Source: Eledone cirrhosa (lineage: Eukaryota). Taken from it: a stretch of 64,000 nt of DNA. A program made the position numbers and the translations under genes. The DNA is taken from contig OZ024747.1 in NCBI GenBank assembly GCA_964016885.1, positions 34,658,001-34,722,000 on the forward strand. Direction: 5' to 3'. A model generated the notes under the pieces. It saw only the letters and a list, made by a program, of their open reading frames with translations, made no database searches and was not told the origin of the DNA. Below are positions 26,521 through 39,849 of the stretch, piece after piece. The stretch's first letter is position 1; the number at the start of each line of letters is the position of its first letter.

Positions 26521-27837
26521 ATTGATTCTTCCTTTTAATTTCATTCTTTCTTCCTTTTTCTCGCTCTCTATCCTTCTTGGATGTAATAAGCCGTATCAAC
26601 CCCAGTGGTGTGATGCACTCCTCCGGGTTTAAATATGCCCTAGAAATGTCTTATGTCAATATGGCGCCCCTATGGCTCGCTCTGGGGTTATGTGACCATG
26701 CATTCCTTCAAAATGTAAATATGTTAATGTTAATTAACAGGAACACAATATGGTTCAAATAGTGATTCTCAAATTACTGAAAATAGCAGCTAACTCCCAC
26801 TCAAACATTTTTTACCACTCATTCACTATCATTTTCCCTCGACCGAAAATTGTTACAAATCCTTCCCTATTTGCCACCTAAAAACCTTCACCGCATCTCT
26901 CCTACGTCGATACAGAATTGTATAATTCCATATCACACGCCAGCGCACATAGAAGATGGGTGTCTCGTGGCAAATAATTGTTCCAACAGAGCAGCCATGA
27001 ACATTATCAAATACCGATTGAAATATGTTCCTGACTGTTATAAGTGGAAGTAACAATTAGAAAACATTACTAGCATTAAATGTGTTAAACTCACATGTCG
27101 AAATGTAAATGACGAATGAAATAAAAGGAATAAGAATGTGTGTTAGCTTAAGATAAATTTACTTTAGAAGAATTAGCTACCATTAGAGTAAGATGGCAAT
27201 GCAAGGATAAATCGTACAAAGAGTTTGAGCTAGAAACCGATATAATAAGTCAAAAGATCGTACAGAATTTCATATTTGTTAAAATGATCCCAACCCTTTC
27301 GAAATTGATTATTTAGAACGTCAAACAATGATGATGCTAAGAGCAGTCAAGTTCGAAAACTGCATGAATATAATTCGTTTATAATTGCTTTTTCATATTT
27401 GTACCATTTCCATTAATGCTTTAGAATATTACTGCAATTCAAATGGTAAGATTCCGAGAAAAATGCATTCAACTCCCATGTACCAACAGAGTGAAAGGTG
27501 AAAAGGAAACAAACTTCATGGTGCTAGTGGTATGTGGTATGTGTGGTGCGGGTGAGGGTGGTGGATGTATGGTGATGTGTTTAGTGTGAATATGTACGAT
27601 ACGTGCATGGGTCGATGCGTCCGAAAATACATACAACACGTAAGACACGTGCGTGGGACCGTGGGTCTAGTGCGGGTGTCCAGGATGACGCACGAAAACT
27701 CCATATCACCTGTCGCGAGCAGACGCATATAACAAGCACGCACATCTGACTCCATGTACCGCCCACGCGTGCCTAGGTGGGGTTATGTATATATGTGCGT
27801 GCGTGTATGTTTGTGTGTGTATATATATATATATATG

Positions 27838-28100
27838 CTAGCTGAGCTACCCGGTGATTCCCGGGTATTTTATTAAAGTTACAATATTTGACGATTGAAA
27901 TATGATTGCTGAATTTTAACTAAAGTAGGAATTATAGCACAATATTTATTGCCGTTTGTTTAAAGCAAATCATGTAGATAAAAAAATTATTAGTTTTGTG
28001 CAGTGGTGGTTTTTTAATACTGCTCCCTATTACAGTCAGCATATATAATGCTTCGTACTTGGAAGAATCATTGGGTATGTTGTCAGTGAAAAGGGCATGA
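27838..28100 (-). mobile_element. Helitron-like 3' terminus
   Basis: Minus-strand hairpin ACCCGG..CCGGGT about 7 nt before CTAG, abutting (TA)n; upstream extent uncertain. Confidence 0.5.
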
Positions 28101-28409
28101 CCAAAAAAATAAATTTAGATTTTATTTATCCGTTTTTTTTGGCACAATTCGAACCTCTGAAATTCAAACAAAATATGAAGGCTATTTTAAAAGGCAGGAA
28201 TAACATAAGATAAAATAATAAATTTACCATTGGTTTATGAATGAATGAAGAATTTACTTACTCATTTCTGGAATTCAGGAAAGTTTATTTAAGTGTGTGT
28301 AAGTGTGGTTAATATATACATATACACCAGGAACCAAACTCCCACTATCACTGCCTCCATCTCACCCTATCTCTCCATCACTCACTATTATGAGAAAATG
28401 GGGGCCCAC

Positions 28410-28630
28410 ACGCTGGCCGCCAAACAGCCCCCGTGGTCGGAATAGAGGATGGTGAGGGAGACGCGTTAGAAAATTAATTCCAGCTTGCGAGGCTTACCTC
28501 TGCGGATAGCCAACTCTGTGCCGGTAGTCTCCATTGCTATGGGCTCAACAACAAACCTGTCGTAGGGCGACCGATATTTGGAGAGTTTACGCTCCTTGGC
28601 CCAAAGTGCGGCAGAGCCTGGGTTAATTAA
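28410..28630 (-). mobile_element. Decayed C-terminus of a CRE-like RLE non-LTR retrotransposon
   Basis: Minus strand PGSAALWAKERKLSKY..FVVEPIAMETTG..IF*RVSLTI. Confidence 0.55.
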
Positions 28631-28869
28631 AACTTTTACACTGTAGCTTCCACCAACTTTTACTTCTATGGCAGTAGGATCTTGTTTGAGGAATATTTGT
28701 TTTCTATTTTAGGTACAGAAAGAGTTATAGTAGGTTCCATGACATACATACATAAATACACACACATGCATGTGTGTGTGTGTGTAAGACTGTTCGCTGT
28801 GATATGAAATGGATTTTGCTAATATTTCTAATAGATCGAGGTGTCACATACAACCTTTCCTTTTTGCTT

Positions 28870-28904
<35 letters not shown>

Positions 28905-29321
28905 GAAAGGTATAGAAATTGTTTTAGCGAGAAGCTAACAGTATTCTATAATATATATGCGACTATGTCGTCAAGACGGGAAAAATAGTTAACGTAAGAT
29001 GTAGGGAAAATAATTCAATTTCATCTCAAAAGAGAATCCGGATACAAATTCATCCACAGAATTTAGTGAAATCCAGGGAAAAATCAATAGACCCATAACT
29101 TATGATAAAATAAAGTTTAAAAATACTCATCCTTCAATTTGGAAAAAACATCAAATGCTCTGTATAGTCTTAAAGACTATTTTATGAAAACTTTCAGTGG
29201 AGATGGTCACGGTTGGATTTCAATATATATATATATTTCGATATATATATATATATATATATACATATACATGAGATAGTAGCCGGGGACATATACTTGT
29301 TCCTATATATATATATATGTG

Positions 29322-29443
29322 AGAACAAGTAAGACCCCGACAGCAGAGCTCAAGCCGTTTCGACGGCTAATTCTGGACTGAATTCAGTCCAGAATTGCCC
29401 GTCGAAACGGCTTGAGCTCTGCCGTAGGGCTCATACTTGTTCC
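29322..29443. repeat. ~120 bp palindrome centred on GAATTC (29380-29385)
   Basis: Arms CAGAGCTCAAGCCGTTTCGACGG..CCGTCGAAACGGCTTGAGCTCTG; near TA tracts. Confidence 0.85.
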
Positions 29444-29688
29444 TATTTCCCTAAGTATTGAGTACTTTGGTGCGTTATGGTCCATCTGGTTCCTTACCAC
29501 ATTTCCTTCGTTATATATATATATATATATATATATATTGGTAAAAGGAAATGCTGTAAAAGAAAATGCTGACAAATTTTTCCCAGTGAAAAATAGTTTA
29601 ATTAAGAATGAGTAAAAATTAGTAATAGTATTGGTTAGTATTCAGTTATGGTTTTAAATTTTACCGATTGCACATTTCTAATTCTTTT

Positions 29689-29745
29689 CAAAAGTAATTT
29701 TCAGATAGAGCGCCCGTGATGTTTGCTCTAATCTGATTAGTTTTG
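29689..29745 (-). ncRNA. Degenerate hammerhead in left inverted arm
   Basis: Minus strand CAAAA-CTAATCA-GATTAGAGC..GCTCTATCT-GAAA..TTTTG; core mutated. Confidence 0.4.
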
Positions 29746-29924
29746 GAAAATCTACCTGTTTTATGTAAAAATAGTGGCTCCAGATGTATGAAAATATTCT
29801 TGTGGTCAAAACAATTTTGATTGGTCGGTAGTGGTCATGTGAATGTTAAAAATTGATTTTGCGCCAAATGTAGGTTTGTCTCAGCTGATTGAGAAGTCAC
29901 TGAAAAATAAGTCTTTCAAGACAA

Positions 29925-30010
<86 letters not shown>

Positions 30011-30108
30011 TAGTAGTAAAGTGGTTCGTTGTTGTGATAATGGTCAGCAGGGATGTGTGTGCGAACCGCAGCCTGCTGACAGGTCAACAGTGCAAATGCC
30101 TATTAAGA

Positions 30109-30139
<31 letters not shown>

Positions 30140-30317
30140 AGCATAGAAATTAGTGGTAGAGGGATCGGTCAGTAGGAATGTGTCTGTAAGTGTGTGGGGG
30201 ATATTTTAACATGTTAAAAGATATTTTTCAGCTCTTGTCTTATACGGAGAAGTGTGTGTGTGTGTGTGTGTGTATATGTCTGTTTATATGTTAGTGTACG
30301 CATGTGTATGTGTGTGA

Positions 30318-30404
<87 letters not shown>

Positions 30405-31099
30405 TGTGTGTGCGTGTGTGTGAATGTGTGTGTGGGTGTGGGTGGACCAGTATTTTTGTGATACTAGTAAAATTGGTGTACATTATTCGATATTTTCAGT
30501 AAAAACGATTCTCTTAATAGAACATCAAAAACCTTAATAATAAAAGGTGTGAAATGATATATAGTATTGACATAAGACCAAGGTGTGTGTGAGTGTCCAT
30601 AAGAAGGAACACAAACCATAGAAATCATCTCCCCCAGAATGACATTTACAACTTTCCCCCTTCAAGGAGACACCATACCAAATCACACAACTACTACGCG
30701 GATGTCTCATCGTCAAACATAGGGAAAAGATACCACCACCATGACAGATGTAACAACTTCCCCGCTTCAAGGGGACGGCAAGGTAATTTCCATTTTCTCA
30801 AATCTCGCTTCCACAATACACAACAAACCCACACCACACGATACAACCAACAACGTAGGCCACTTATAACACCACAATCCAACATGGCACATAGAAACAC
30901 ACATCCATACTCGCAATACAGGAACACCCCATTTAATCTATAACCACGAACCCGAACCATATTTTACAACAACAAGGAATATAACAAACACAGGAGACCA
31001 CTTAACATCAGCAGACAACCCCTCTACCTCAACCATTTTTTAGACACAGCACACAGATACAGGCAAACAAAATAACACAAGACAGGGAGGAGAAACCGA

Positions 31100-33275
31100 G
31101 AACAATACAAATTATCAATCTAACTAGTGCAGAATCAACACCCAACATTATCAACTTACTCTCCAAAGGTCTTAAATTCACACCGACCCCACTACGTCCT
31201 AACTACTATGAAATGAACGAAGACATCACAGACTTCTGTAGAATATTACGACTCAGTGAAGAACTATTCGACCAGTACAATGAGGATGAATCATTAGCCA
31301 GAAATAGAAGCAATTGCACCCCATGAAAAGGAAGAAATAAAATCCTGGACGAATTCAGTGAACACATCACAAACTTCCCTTACCAACACTTGCGCAGACA
31401 AAAACACAAGCCAAACCTCAACAAGAAAGAATGGGAAAAATTAAATAGATTAAAAACCGACAGAACCATTACAATTAAAGAGGCTGATAAAGGGAGTACA
31501 GTAGTCCTAATGGAGACAGAATTCTATATCAACTTAGCGCTCTCCACTTTGGAAAACGAAACATACTACGAAAAGACTGAACACTACAATAAACAGAAAA
31601 TTATGAGAAACCTAAAAACTCTGATCAACCAATACAAAGAAGGACTCACTAACAAGGAATTCAGCTTCATCGCAGACTTCACAAGTAAATCCAGCCTTTT
31701 CTACGGTATCCCTAAAGTACATAAACGCGAATTAATAAGTAAGGCATGCAAGGAAGCCACAGACATAGTCATCAATGTCCCCTCACCCAATGATCTCAAA
31801 TTAAGACCTATAATAGCAGGTCCCGCTTGCGAAACCCACAGCCTTAGCAACTTCAATGATACCCTTCTCAAGTCTTTTCTCAAATACATCAAAAGTTATG
31901 AGGGACGACCTAGATATGCTCAATCACCTCCCTAATATGCCCCTTTCTGAACAAACCCTACTAGTGACGTTCGATGTAGTCAACCTATACTCCAATATCC
32001 CCCACAACCTAGGAATAGAAGCTATCCAATTTTGACTGGATAATTACCACAATGAACTCCCACAACGTATCAAAAAAGAATTCGTGATAGAAGGACTCAA
32101 ATTTATCTTGGAGTACAATTACTTCGTTTTCAATAACAAACCCTACAGCCAGAAATCTGGGACCGCTATGGGAACGAAAATAGCCCCTCGTATGCCAACC
32201 TAGTCATGGGATAACTGGAAATCACCCTCTACACTAAAGTACTAAACACATTTGGAAACACTCTCCACTTACACATAGAAAGGCACTGGAAGCGATATCT
32301 ACATGGCTGTTTCATCCTTTGGCACGAAAACATCGAGAAACTTAAAGAATTTCACACCCTTATAAATGGGCTTAACACGAATATTAACTTCACGATGGAA
32401 TACAGCCATCAACAACTCCCCTTCCTTGACATCCTCATTAAGATTCATAACACAAAAAATAGAAACAGACATATACGACAAGCCCACAGACACCAAGCAG
32501 AATCTGTACTATAGTCTCCAATAAAAACACCTGTTATTTACGACTACAAGAACTAAAGGACACACTCATAGGCAGGGACTACCCTGCATCTCTAATTGAC
32601 AATGGAATCCAACGTGCCCTAAAACTCAGTACCCAGGACCTTAGACACCCTAAAGTAAATCAACCGAAACTGAAAGCTCTTCCATACATCTCCACACACA
32701 ACACCCTCAACAATGAAGCATTTGACACCTTCCTCCAGAACACCCCTGTGTTAAAAAAGAACCATAGTATGAACCAAATCCTACGAATACACGATATCAT
32801 AAAGAGCAAAAGACAATCTAAGTCAATGAAAAACATCATAACACATGCCAAAGTACTGCTAACCACAACAACGAAACCCACAGTAAGAACATGCGATAGA
32901 CCCAACTGTGGCATATGCATCAACCTAATAGAGGGTTCGGAATTCTATTTCAAAGAAAGACAACGTTTTATAGTAAAACACAATTTCATATGGGCATCAG
33001 AAAATCTAATATATGTATTAACTTGCTCAGGCTGTCGAGAACAATACATAGGCCAGACCAAAAACAGCCTCCGCCAACGCATGACTGTCCTTAGATCCCA
33101 AATTAAAATACAGGAATACAGGAAAACACCACTGAGTGAACACATTGATACCTGTGCCGCCCAAAACCATCCCAACTTCAGAATCTTTCCCCTCTACAAA
33201 TTTAAAGATAATGCCACCCACGTCCAGCGCATCAGCAAGGAATCTCACTTTATTAACAAATACGGACCCCACTAA
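31100..33275 (+). pseudogene. PLE reverse transcriptase + GIY-YIG endonuclease, frameshifted
   Basis: LSKGLKFTPTP, IKEADKGSTVVLM, FYGIPKVHK, LRPII, FDVVNLYSNIP, GTAMGTK, LPFLDI, CDRPNCGIC, NLIYVLTCSGCREQYIGQT. Confidence 0.92.
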
Positions 33276-33747
33276 ACACTTCTCTCTAAGACGAACCCAC
33301 AACATACATACCTACATCAGCATACATCCTACATGCATCTCTATCCACATATAAACACAATGACATGCGTAAACACACATGTTCTATGGTGCAACACAAA
33401 TATACACAAATGTGCATACCTTTTGATGTCTAAAAATATAAACGTGCCGACACACACACATACATATACGCATACATGCATTGCACACTGATGGGCACAT
33501 ACATATTTGTACACAAGTATTCCAATACGGTAAGGCCTAATTGATTCCCCTTGCAGTACGTACAATCTGGACACTCACACACACCTTGCTCTTATGCCAA
33601 TACTATATATCATTTCACACCTTTTATTATTAAGGTTTTTAATGTTCTATTGAGAGAATCGGTTTTACTGAAAATATCGAATAATGAACACCATTTTTAC
33701 CAGTATCACAAAAATACTGGTCCACCCCACACACACACACACATTCT

Positions 33748-33795
<48 letters not shown>

Positions 33796-33824
33796 TACAC
33801 ACGCGTACATTAACATACAAAGAG

Positions 33825-33856
<32 letters not shown>

Positions 33857-34080
33857 TTCTCCGTATAAGACAAGAGCTGAAAAATATCTTTTAACATGTT
33901 AAAATATCCCCCACACACTTACAGACACATTCATACTGACCATCCCTCTACCACGAATTACTCTTCTACACACACACACACACACACTTGTCTTAATAGG
34001 CATTTGAACTGTCAACAGGCTGCGGTTCGCACACACATCCCTGATGACCATTATCACAACAACGAACCTCTTTACTACTA

Positions 34081-34160
<80 letters not shown>

Positions 34161-34368
34161 CACACAAACACACACACACACACACATATTTGTCTTAAAA
34201 GACTTATTTTTCAGTGACTTCTCAATCAGCCGAGACAAACCTACATTTGGCGCAAAATCAATTTTTAACATTCCCATGACCTCTACCGACCAATCAAAAT
34301 TGTATTGACCACAAGAATTTGTTCATACACATGGAGCCACTTTTTTTACATAAAACAGGTAGAATTTC

Positions 34369-34425
34369 CAAAACTGATCAGATTTGAGCAAACATCACGG
34401 GCGCTCTATCTCAAAATTATTTTTG
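34369..34425 (+). ncRNA. Degenerate hammerhead in right inverted arm
   Basis: CAAAA-CTGATCA-GATTTGAGC..GCTCTATCT-CAAA..TTTTG; combining the two arms restores all core positions except G8. Confidence 0.4.
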
Positions 34426-34603
34426 TAAAGCATTAGAAATGTGCAACCGGTAAAACTTAAAACCAAAACTGAATAGTAACCAATACTATTACTAATTTTT
34501 ACTTATTCCTAATTAAACTATTTTTCACTGGAAACAATTTGTCAGCATTTTCTTTTCCTTTTACCAATATATCATAACTCGTGTGTTACACCTCTATTCT
34601 TTG

Positions 34604-34646
<43 letters not shown>

Positions 34647-34665
34647 TATATATATATATTATATA

Positions 34666-34749
<84 letters not shown>

Positions 34750-35364
34750 TATATATATATATATATATTATATATATATATTTAGAAAACAAACATTTTT
34801 ATATATATATTTTTATAATATTTTTCTTCATATATTATATGTATAATCCCATCAGCTCATTAATTCCTTGTAGCGCTTGTCCCCTTTAACGGTGCCTAAA
34901 CAGCACATCCAACCCCTACCCAATAGTAAAACACCCCAATCTTTCATCTCATATGATACACCACACCACACACAGCACCTCAACCTCAACACATACACGC
35001 CAACATGTCCAGAAATAGCAAAAACTCCACAACCCGCTACTCACATCAACTTTTGCTCCTCACCACTAACTCGGCATAGGCTCCTCCCTCCACACACACA
35101 CACACCTATATTACATGCGAACATATTCCTCGTAATTAATCCACCAAGCAAAACATCTTAAACTGTTCAACGTATGAAAGTTAGACTTTTTGTACGCCAT
35201 GTATATTCATTCTGCCATTACTACCACAAGGGTCTGACGAGCTTTTGATTCCAGAGTCAGGCCAGATCAATACATATCGAACCTTGTGCTGATCAGTAGC
35301 GCACCGCGCGTCACTCTCCAATAGACGTAATGAAGGAATAACCATTCTTACTTGTATTATTTTA

Positions 35365-35546
35365 TTGGATTGGCAGTATCGGTAGAGGGTTGGACGCCAT
35401 GCTTTCTAGCATAGTTACGTCCCTTTACAGTCTGAGTTCAAATCCCGCCGAGGTTGACTTTGCCTTTCATCCTTACGGGGTCAATAAAATAAAGTACCAT
35501 TAATGCACTGGTTATTTTGGCCTTGTGCCTAAAGTAGAAACAATTA
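35365..35546 (+). mobile_element. SINE of the 10679 family
   Basis: Full A box, B box, core and AGAAACAATTAT tail. Confidence 0.88.
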
Positions 35547-35678
35547 TATTAACACTCTGTCGGGCTCTAACCGCGCTACTGACGTGAACCTAAACATCGA
35601 GTGCTCACCCGGGTGAACCTACAGTAACTCCGAGTTACACCTCCTGGATATATATATATATATGTATATATATATATG

Positions 35679-35744
<66 letters not shown>

Positions 35745-35799
35745 TAAACATATTGTAATTTGCTATTCGAAGGCTAAAATAATGCAAAGTGGACTGTAG

Positions 35800-36060
35800 T
35801 TTTGGAAATATATTGAGGTAACGAAGAATTTAGAGTTTCAGCGGTTAATTTATTCATCTGTCCTAGTTGGATAGGAAAGTGATACCAGTTATGATTGGGA
35901 CATTAAGGTGAACCCCATTGAAAGTTTCATACTTATTAAAGCGACTGGGAATACCATACGAATTGAGTGTCATTGAAAAGGTTGCTTGCTAGGAATTACG
36001 AACACTTTCAGGAAATTATTTGTCTGAGGTAGTTGCTGTGACTTGACTGATGACTTAATA
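35800..36060 (+). mobile_element. Old R4/Dong-like LINE 3' remnant
   Basis: KVIPVMIGTL..LKRLGI..EKV resembles KVIPIVIGALG..LQKACLLG of the younger copies. Confidence 0.5.
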
Positions 36061-36104
36061 CCTCGATGCATTATACATCTGCACTGCGTGACAGAGCGAT
36101 GATA

Positions 36105-36760
36105 AATAATTGTTTCTACTTTTTGGCACACTACCATCAATTATCCCAGTGCATTACTATTTAGACCCCGTTAAGATGAAACGCAAATTTAAGCTCGGTG
36201 GGATTTGATCTCAAACCGTAAAAGGCCGTAAATCTATGCTGCAAAGCATGTTGTCCGACACTCTACCGGTAATGCCAAATCCAATGAGTGATAATTATAA
36301 TTGTTACTACTTTTGGCACAAGGCCAGCAATTTCCCATTCATTACTGGTACTTTATTTTATCCACCCCGTAAGGATGAAAAGCAAAGTTAACCTCGGAAG
36401 GATTTGAACTCAAATCGTAAAGGGCTGCAAAACATGTGTGGTGCTCTACCAATACTGCCAATCCAGATAACTATAATTCAGTGCGCTATTCAAAAGTTTA
36501 AAGGAGAAACGAAAATAATAAAAAAAAAAACTCCAAAATAGCATATTCAAAGTTTTCGCGAATTTCTCAGGAGTAACGTGATCATCGCATTATTTATTAG
36601 AATAATAATCTTGCAGCATAGAATTATAGCCCCTTTACGGTCTGAGTTCACATTCAGCCGATGTTAACTTTGACTTTCATCCTTACAGAGTCGATAAAAC
36701 AAAGTACCAGTAATGCACTGGGATAATGGCTGGCCATGTGGCGAATGTAGTAAGAATTGT
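36105..36760. mobile_element. Cluster of three SINE copies (two minus, one partial plus)
   Basis: About 36105-36285 (-), 36297-36465 (-), 36612-36760 (+) match the family core. Confidence 0.8.
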
Positions 36761-36789
36761 TTCCTTGAGAATCTCGAAATATTTAGCAT

Positions 36790-36975
36790 TTTCATTAAAA
36801 TCCATAAGAACATAGGATGGATATCCATAGAGACAATAACTACGAACTTAGAAAATAATGGTTTTCTAATTAATATTCTGCACAGTTTTTATCATTCGTA
36901 TAAAAGTTGCCTAACACAGCTGGTACAAACGTACAATGCATTCTGTAACTATATGGCCAACATTTCTAACAGATA
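36790..36975 (+). mobile_element. Highly decayed CR1/Jockey-like RT fragment
   Basis: NLENNGFL..HSF..KSCLTQLVQTYN resembles the HLExNxLL..QHGF..RSCLTQL motif. Confidence 0.4.
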
Positions 36976-37282
36976 AGTGATACAGATCTACAAATCTATT
37001 AAAATATGTAGAAGTATTGATATGTATGGATCAGGTATATAAAAAGCTCATGTATCTGTCTATGCATGTGTTATTTATACATAAAAACTGCAGGAGTCTT
37101 TCTTATTAAAGTGATGTGACAATGCATATTAGATAGATACGTTTATACATAATTTGATATAATTTATCTACATTACAACATTCTAGTTTTGTGAATTCGG
37201 AGAAAGCTACGGGAATGTTTTCAGCTTGTCAACGTTTCTCAATGAATCATTGCCATTATAAATATATACATACATATACAGT

Positions 37283-37410
37283 GAAGGCGCATTGGGCTTG
37301 CAATCGAAAGGTTGCGAGTTCAATTCTCGAACCGGGTGATATGTTGTTTCCTTGAGCAAGACACTTTATTTACCATTGTTCCAGTTTACTCAGCTGTAGA
37401 AATGAGATGA
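37283..37410 (+). mobile_element. tRNA-derived CORE-type SINE fragment
   Basis: B box GAGTTCAATTC then GTTGTTTCCTTGAGCAAGACACTT..CTCAGCTGTAGAAATGAG. Confidence 0.65.
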
Positions 37411-37790
37411 AAGGACTAGGGTCCCTATCATTAAATCACTCAAGACACCTCCAACGAGCTATACTTTGGAGGAGGCCAGCTAAACCTGCATAGGTGTGAG
37501 CTGTCACATATATATATATATATATACAGAGAGAAGGTGAGAAAGAGAAGGGAGTGAGAGAGAATGACGAGACAGAGAAAAAGAGAGATACATAGTGAGT
37601 GAGTTAGAGTGAGTGAAGGAAAGACATGAAAAAAAAACAAAACAAAAAGAGAAATAGAGAGAAAGTATTTTACCATGGCAATTTTTGTCAATGATGGGTA
37701 CTTGCAAGTCAGGTAAATGCTGTACATATTGGGAAATTCGTCATCGTTAGTACACTCTGAATTATTGAAATGTGTACAACTAACGACTTA

Positions 37791-37885
<95 letters not shown>

Positions 37886-37987
37886 TAGCACACACACACA
37901 CACATACACACACACACACACATACACATACAAACACCCACACATACACACACGCACAGACACACACACACACACTTATATACATAC

Positions 37988-38395
37988 ATGGTGGCTGCCA
38001 ACTCGTTTTCGAGTACGGCCACTACTTTATATCCATGTAGGAGAACCCTTACCGATGCGCTGAACGAGTGTGACTTTTTAGTCCACCCAACGACTTGAAA
38101 ACTCTGATACATACACTATACTTCTGACAATTATTGACACATAGTGCTGGGCCCATGGTACCATGTGACGACAAGTGCAGAGAGATCTCCAGATATAAAG
38201 CAATGCCTGTGCCGTGAAGCTTTTATAGTGAGCAAAGGCACTGCACAAAGCCAGTCCCACTCTCTTAACAAAGATGATGTTTACCAAAAATAAGGACAAG
38301 TCAACATCATTGGATACCATCAGAGTTGCAGGTGTTATATCAGAGTTTTCCTTCTCCTAGAATTCTGCCTTGACAAAGGCTAAGTGGTCATCTCT
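37988..38395 (-). mobile_element. Dispersed non-coding repeat, inverted copy of about 53880-54287
   Basis: High identity to the second copy; both flanked by TA/CA microsatellites. Confidence 0.8.
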
Positions 38396-38403
38396 CCCAT
38401 ATA

Positions 38404-38435
<32 letters not shown>

Positions 38436-38729
38436 CATACATATAAACATACATACATATTTACATACATACATATATATATCACTGCGGTGACACCAAA
38501 TTATCGTCAACCGATGCACAGAATCCAGTCAGCTATATTATACTTTCGTTTTGACCGCAGCCATTGACGGGTTGAAAATCCGTTCGGTGAAAAGCACGCT
38601 CTCGAGTATGGTTTGGTAATTTGTTGTGGAAATAATACTATATCGAACAAAATCAACGATGTACCTTTGGTTATAGTTCGCTCTTTTGGAATACTGTCGT
38701 TACAACATCTTCCAGAAAAAAGGCGTTGC

Positions 38730-38776
<47 letters not shown>

Positions 38777-38779
<3 letters not shown>

Positions 38780-39192
38780 GACAAAAAACTGGAACACAAT
38801 AGACCTGACCTGGTGGTTGTGGACAAAGAAAAATGAACGTGTCTGATTGTGGATGTGGCCTGCCCGTTCGACACGAGAGTGCAAGAGAAGGAGAGGGAGA
38901 AAATTAACCGATACCAGGACCTAAAGTGGGAGGTGAAAAGGATTTGGAACTGCCATGAAGTCAAAGTGATCCCGATTGTCATAGGCGCACTGGGGACTAT
39001 CTCCAAAAGTTTCCAGGGATGGTTAAAGAAAATCGGCCCCTTCACGCTTTTTGGAACGCTTCAAAAGGCATGCTTGCTTGGAACAGCAAGAACCCTCCGA
39101 TACGTCCTGAATATCTGAGGCTGCAGGTAGTGGCTTGATATTCAATCCAACGAACTTTCCAGTTAACCAACATCAATGACTGAGATTCAAGG
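38777..39192 (+). mobile_element. 5'-truncated R4/Dong-like LINE 3' end inside an (AAT)n tract
   Basis: NRPDLVVVDK..DVACPFD..LRYVLNI; (AAT)n on both sides. Confidence 0.9.
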
Positions 39193-39204
39193 AATAACAA
39201 CAAC

Positions 39205-39255
<51 letters not shown>

Positions 39256-39584
39256 TGTGTCTACGTTAGGCACAAGGCCAGAAATCACCCAGTGCATTAC
39301 TGGTACTTTATTTTATCGTTAATAATAATGATTACTTATCGCAAATCCCAGGAAACCCGTGTATAGGAGAAATACAAAAGATAGTACTAATGGGAACTGC
39401 CCATATACTAAGGAAGATTATGTCAATAAAAGTACATCATAAGTCTAAACACCTAAAGATGCATGTGTGTGTATGTATGTTCTTTCTTGAACATGGCAGA
39501 CCTTGTTGTCTCTTGAGGTCACTGGTTGTGACTTGGTGATAACTCGATTGAACATAAAGCAAGGTAAATGCAGTAATAATAATA

Positions 39585-39745
39585 ATTATTATTTCTACTT
39601 TTGGCACAAGGCCAGCAATTATCCAGTATATTAGTGATACTTTATTTTATCGACCCTGTAAGGATGAAAGGCAAAGTTAACCTCGGCGGGATTTGAACTC
39701 AGACCATAAGGGGCCGTAACTCTCTGCTGCAAACATGTTGTCTGT
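39585..39745 (-). mobile_element. SINE of the 10679 family
   Basis: Reverse complement core; a further tail fragment at about 39250-39320. Confidence 0.8.
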
Positions 39746-39849
39746 TGAGGTCACTGGTGGTGACTTGGTGATAACTTGTATGAACATAAAGCAAGATAAA
39801 TGCAACTGTAGGAATAATAATAATAATTATTATTATTATAATAAATAGA

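Larger units (their letters stand above)
29535..34571 (+). mobile_element. Penelope-like retroelement with ~1 kb inverted terminal repeats, flanked by (TA)n
   Basis: 29535-30599 is the reverse complement of 33568-34571; RT and GIY-YIG remnants lie between. Confidence 0.92.

Noticed and set aside
26850-27094. Possible minus-strand 60 nt intron (GTGAGT..CTAAT..ACAG, 27094-27035) with a short downstream exon
   Set aside because: The upstream sequence is not exon-like and the 34 aa peptide is unrecognisable; transcript data would be needed
27500-27790. CpG-rich patch with GC-box and E-box-like words
   Set aside because: No associated gene or other evidence of promoter function
35224-35288. CACAAGGGT-CTGACGA-stem II..ACCTTGTG hammerhead-like fold
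   Set aside because: The GAAA core is absent; probably an eroded hammerhead but not supportable as a feature
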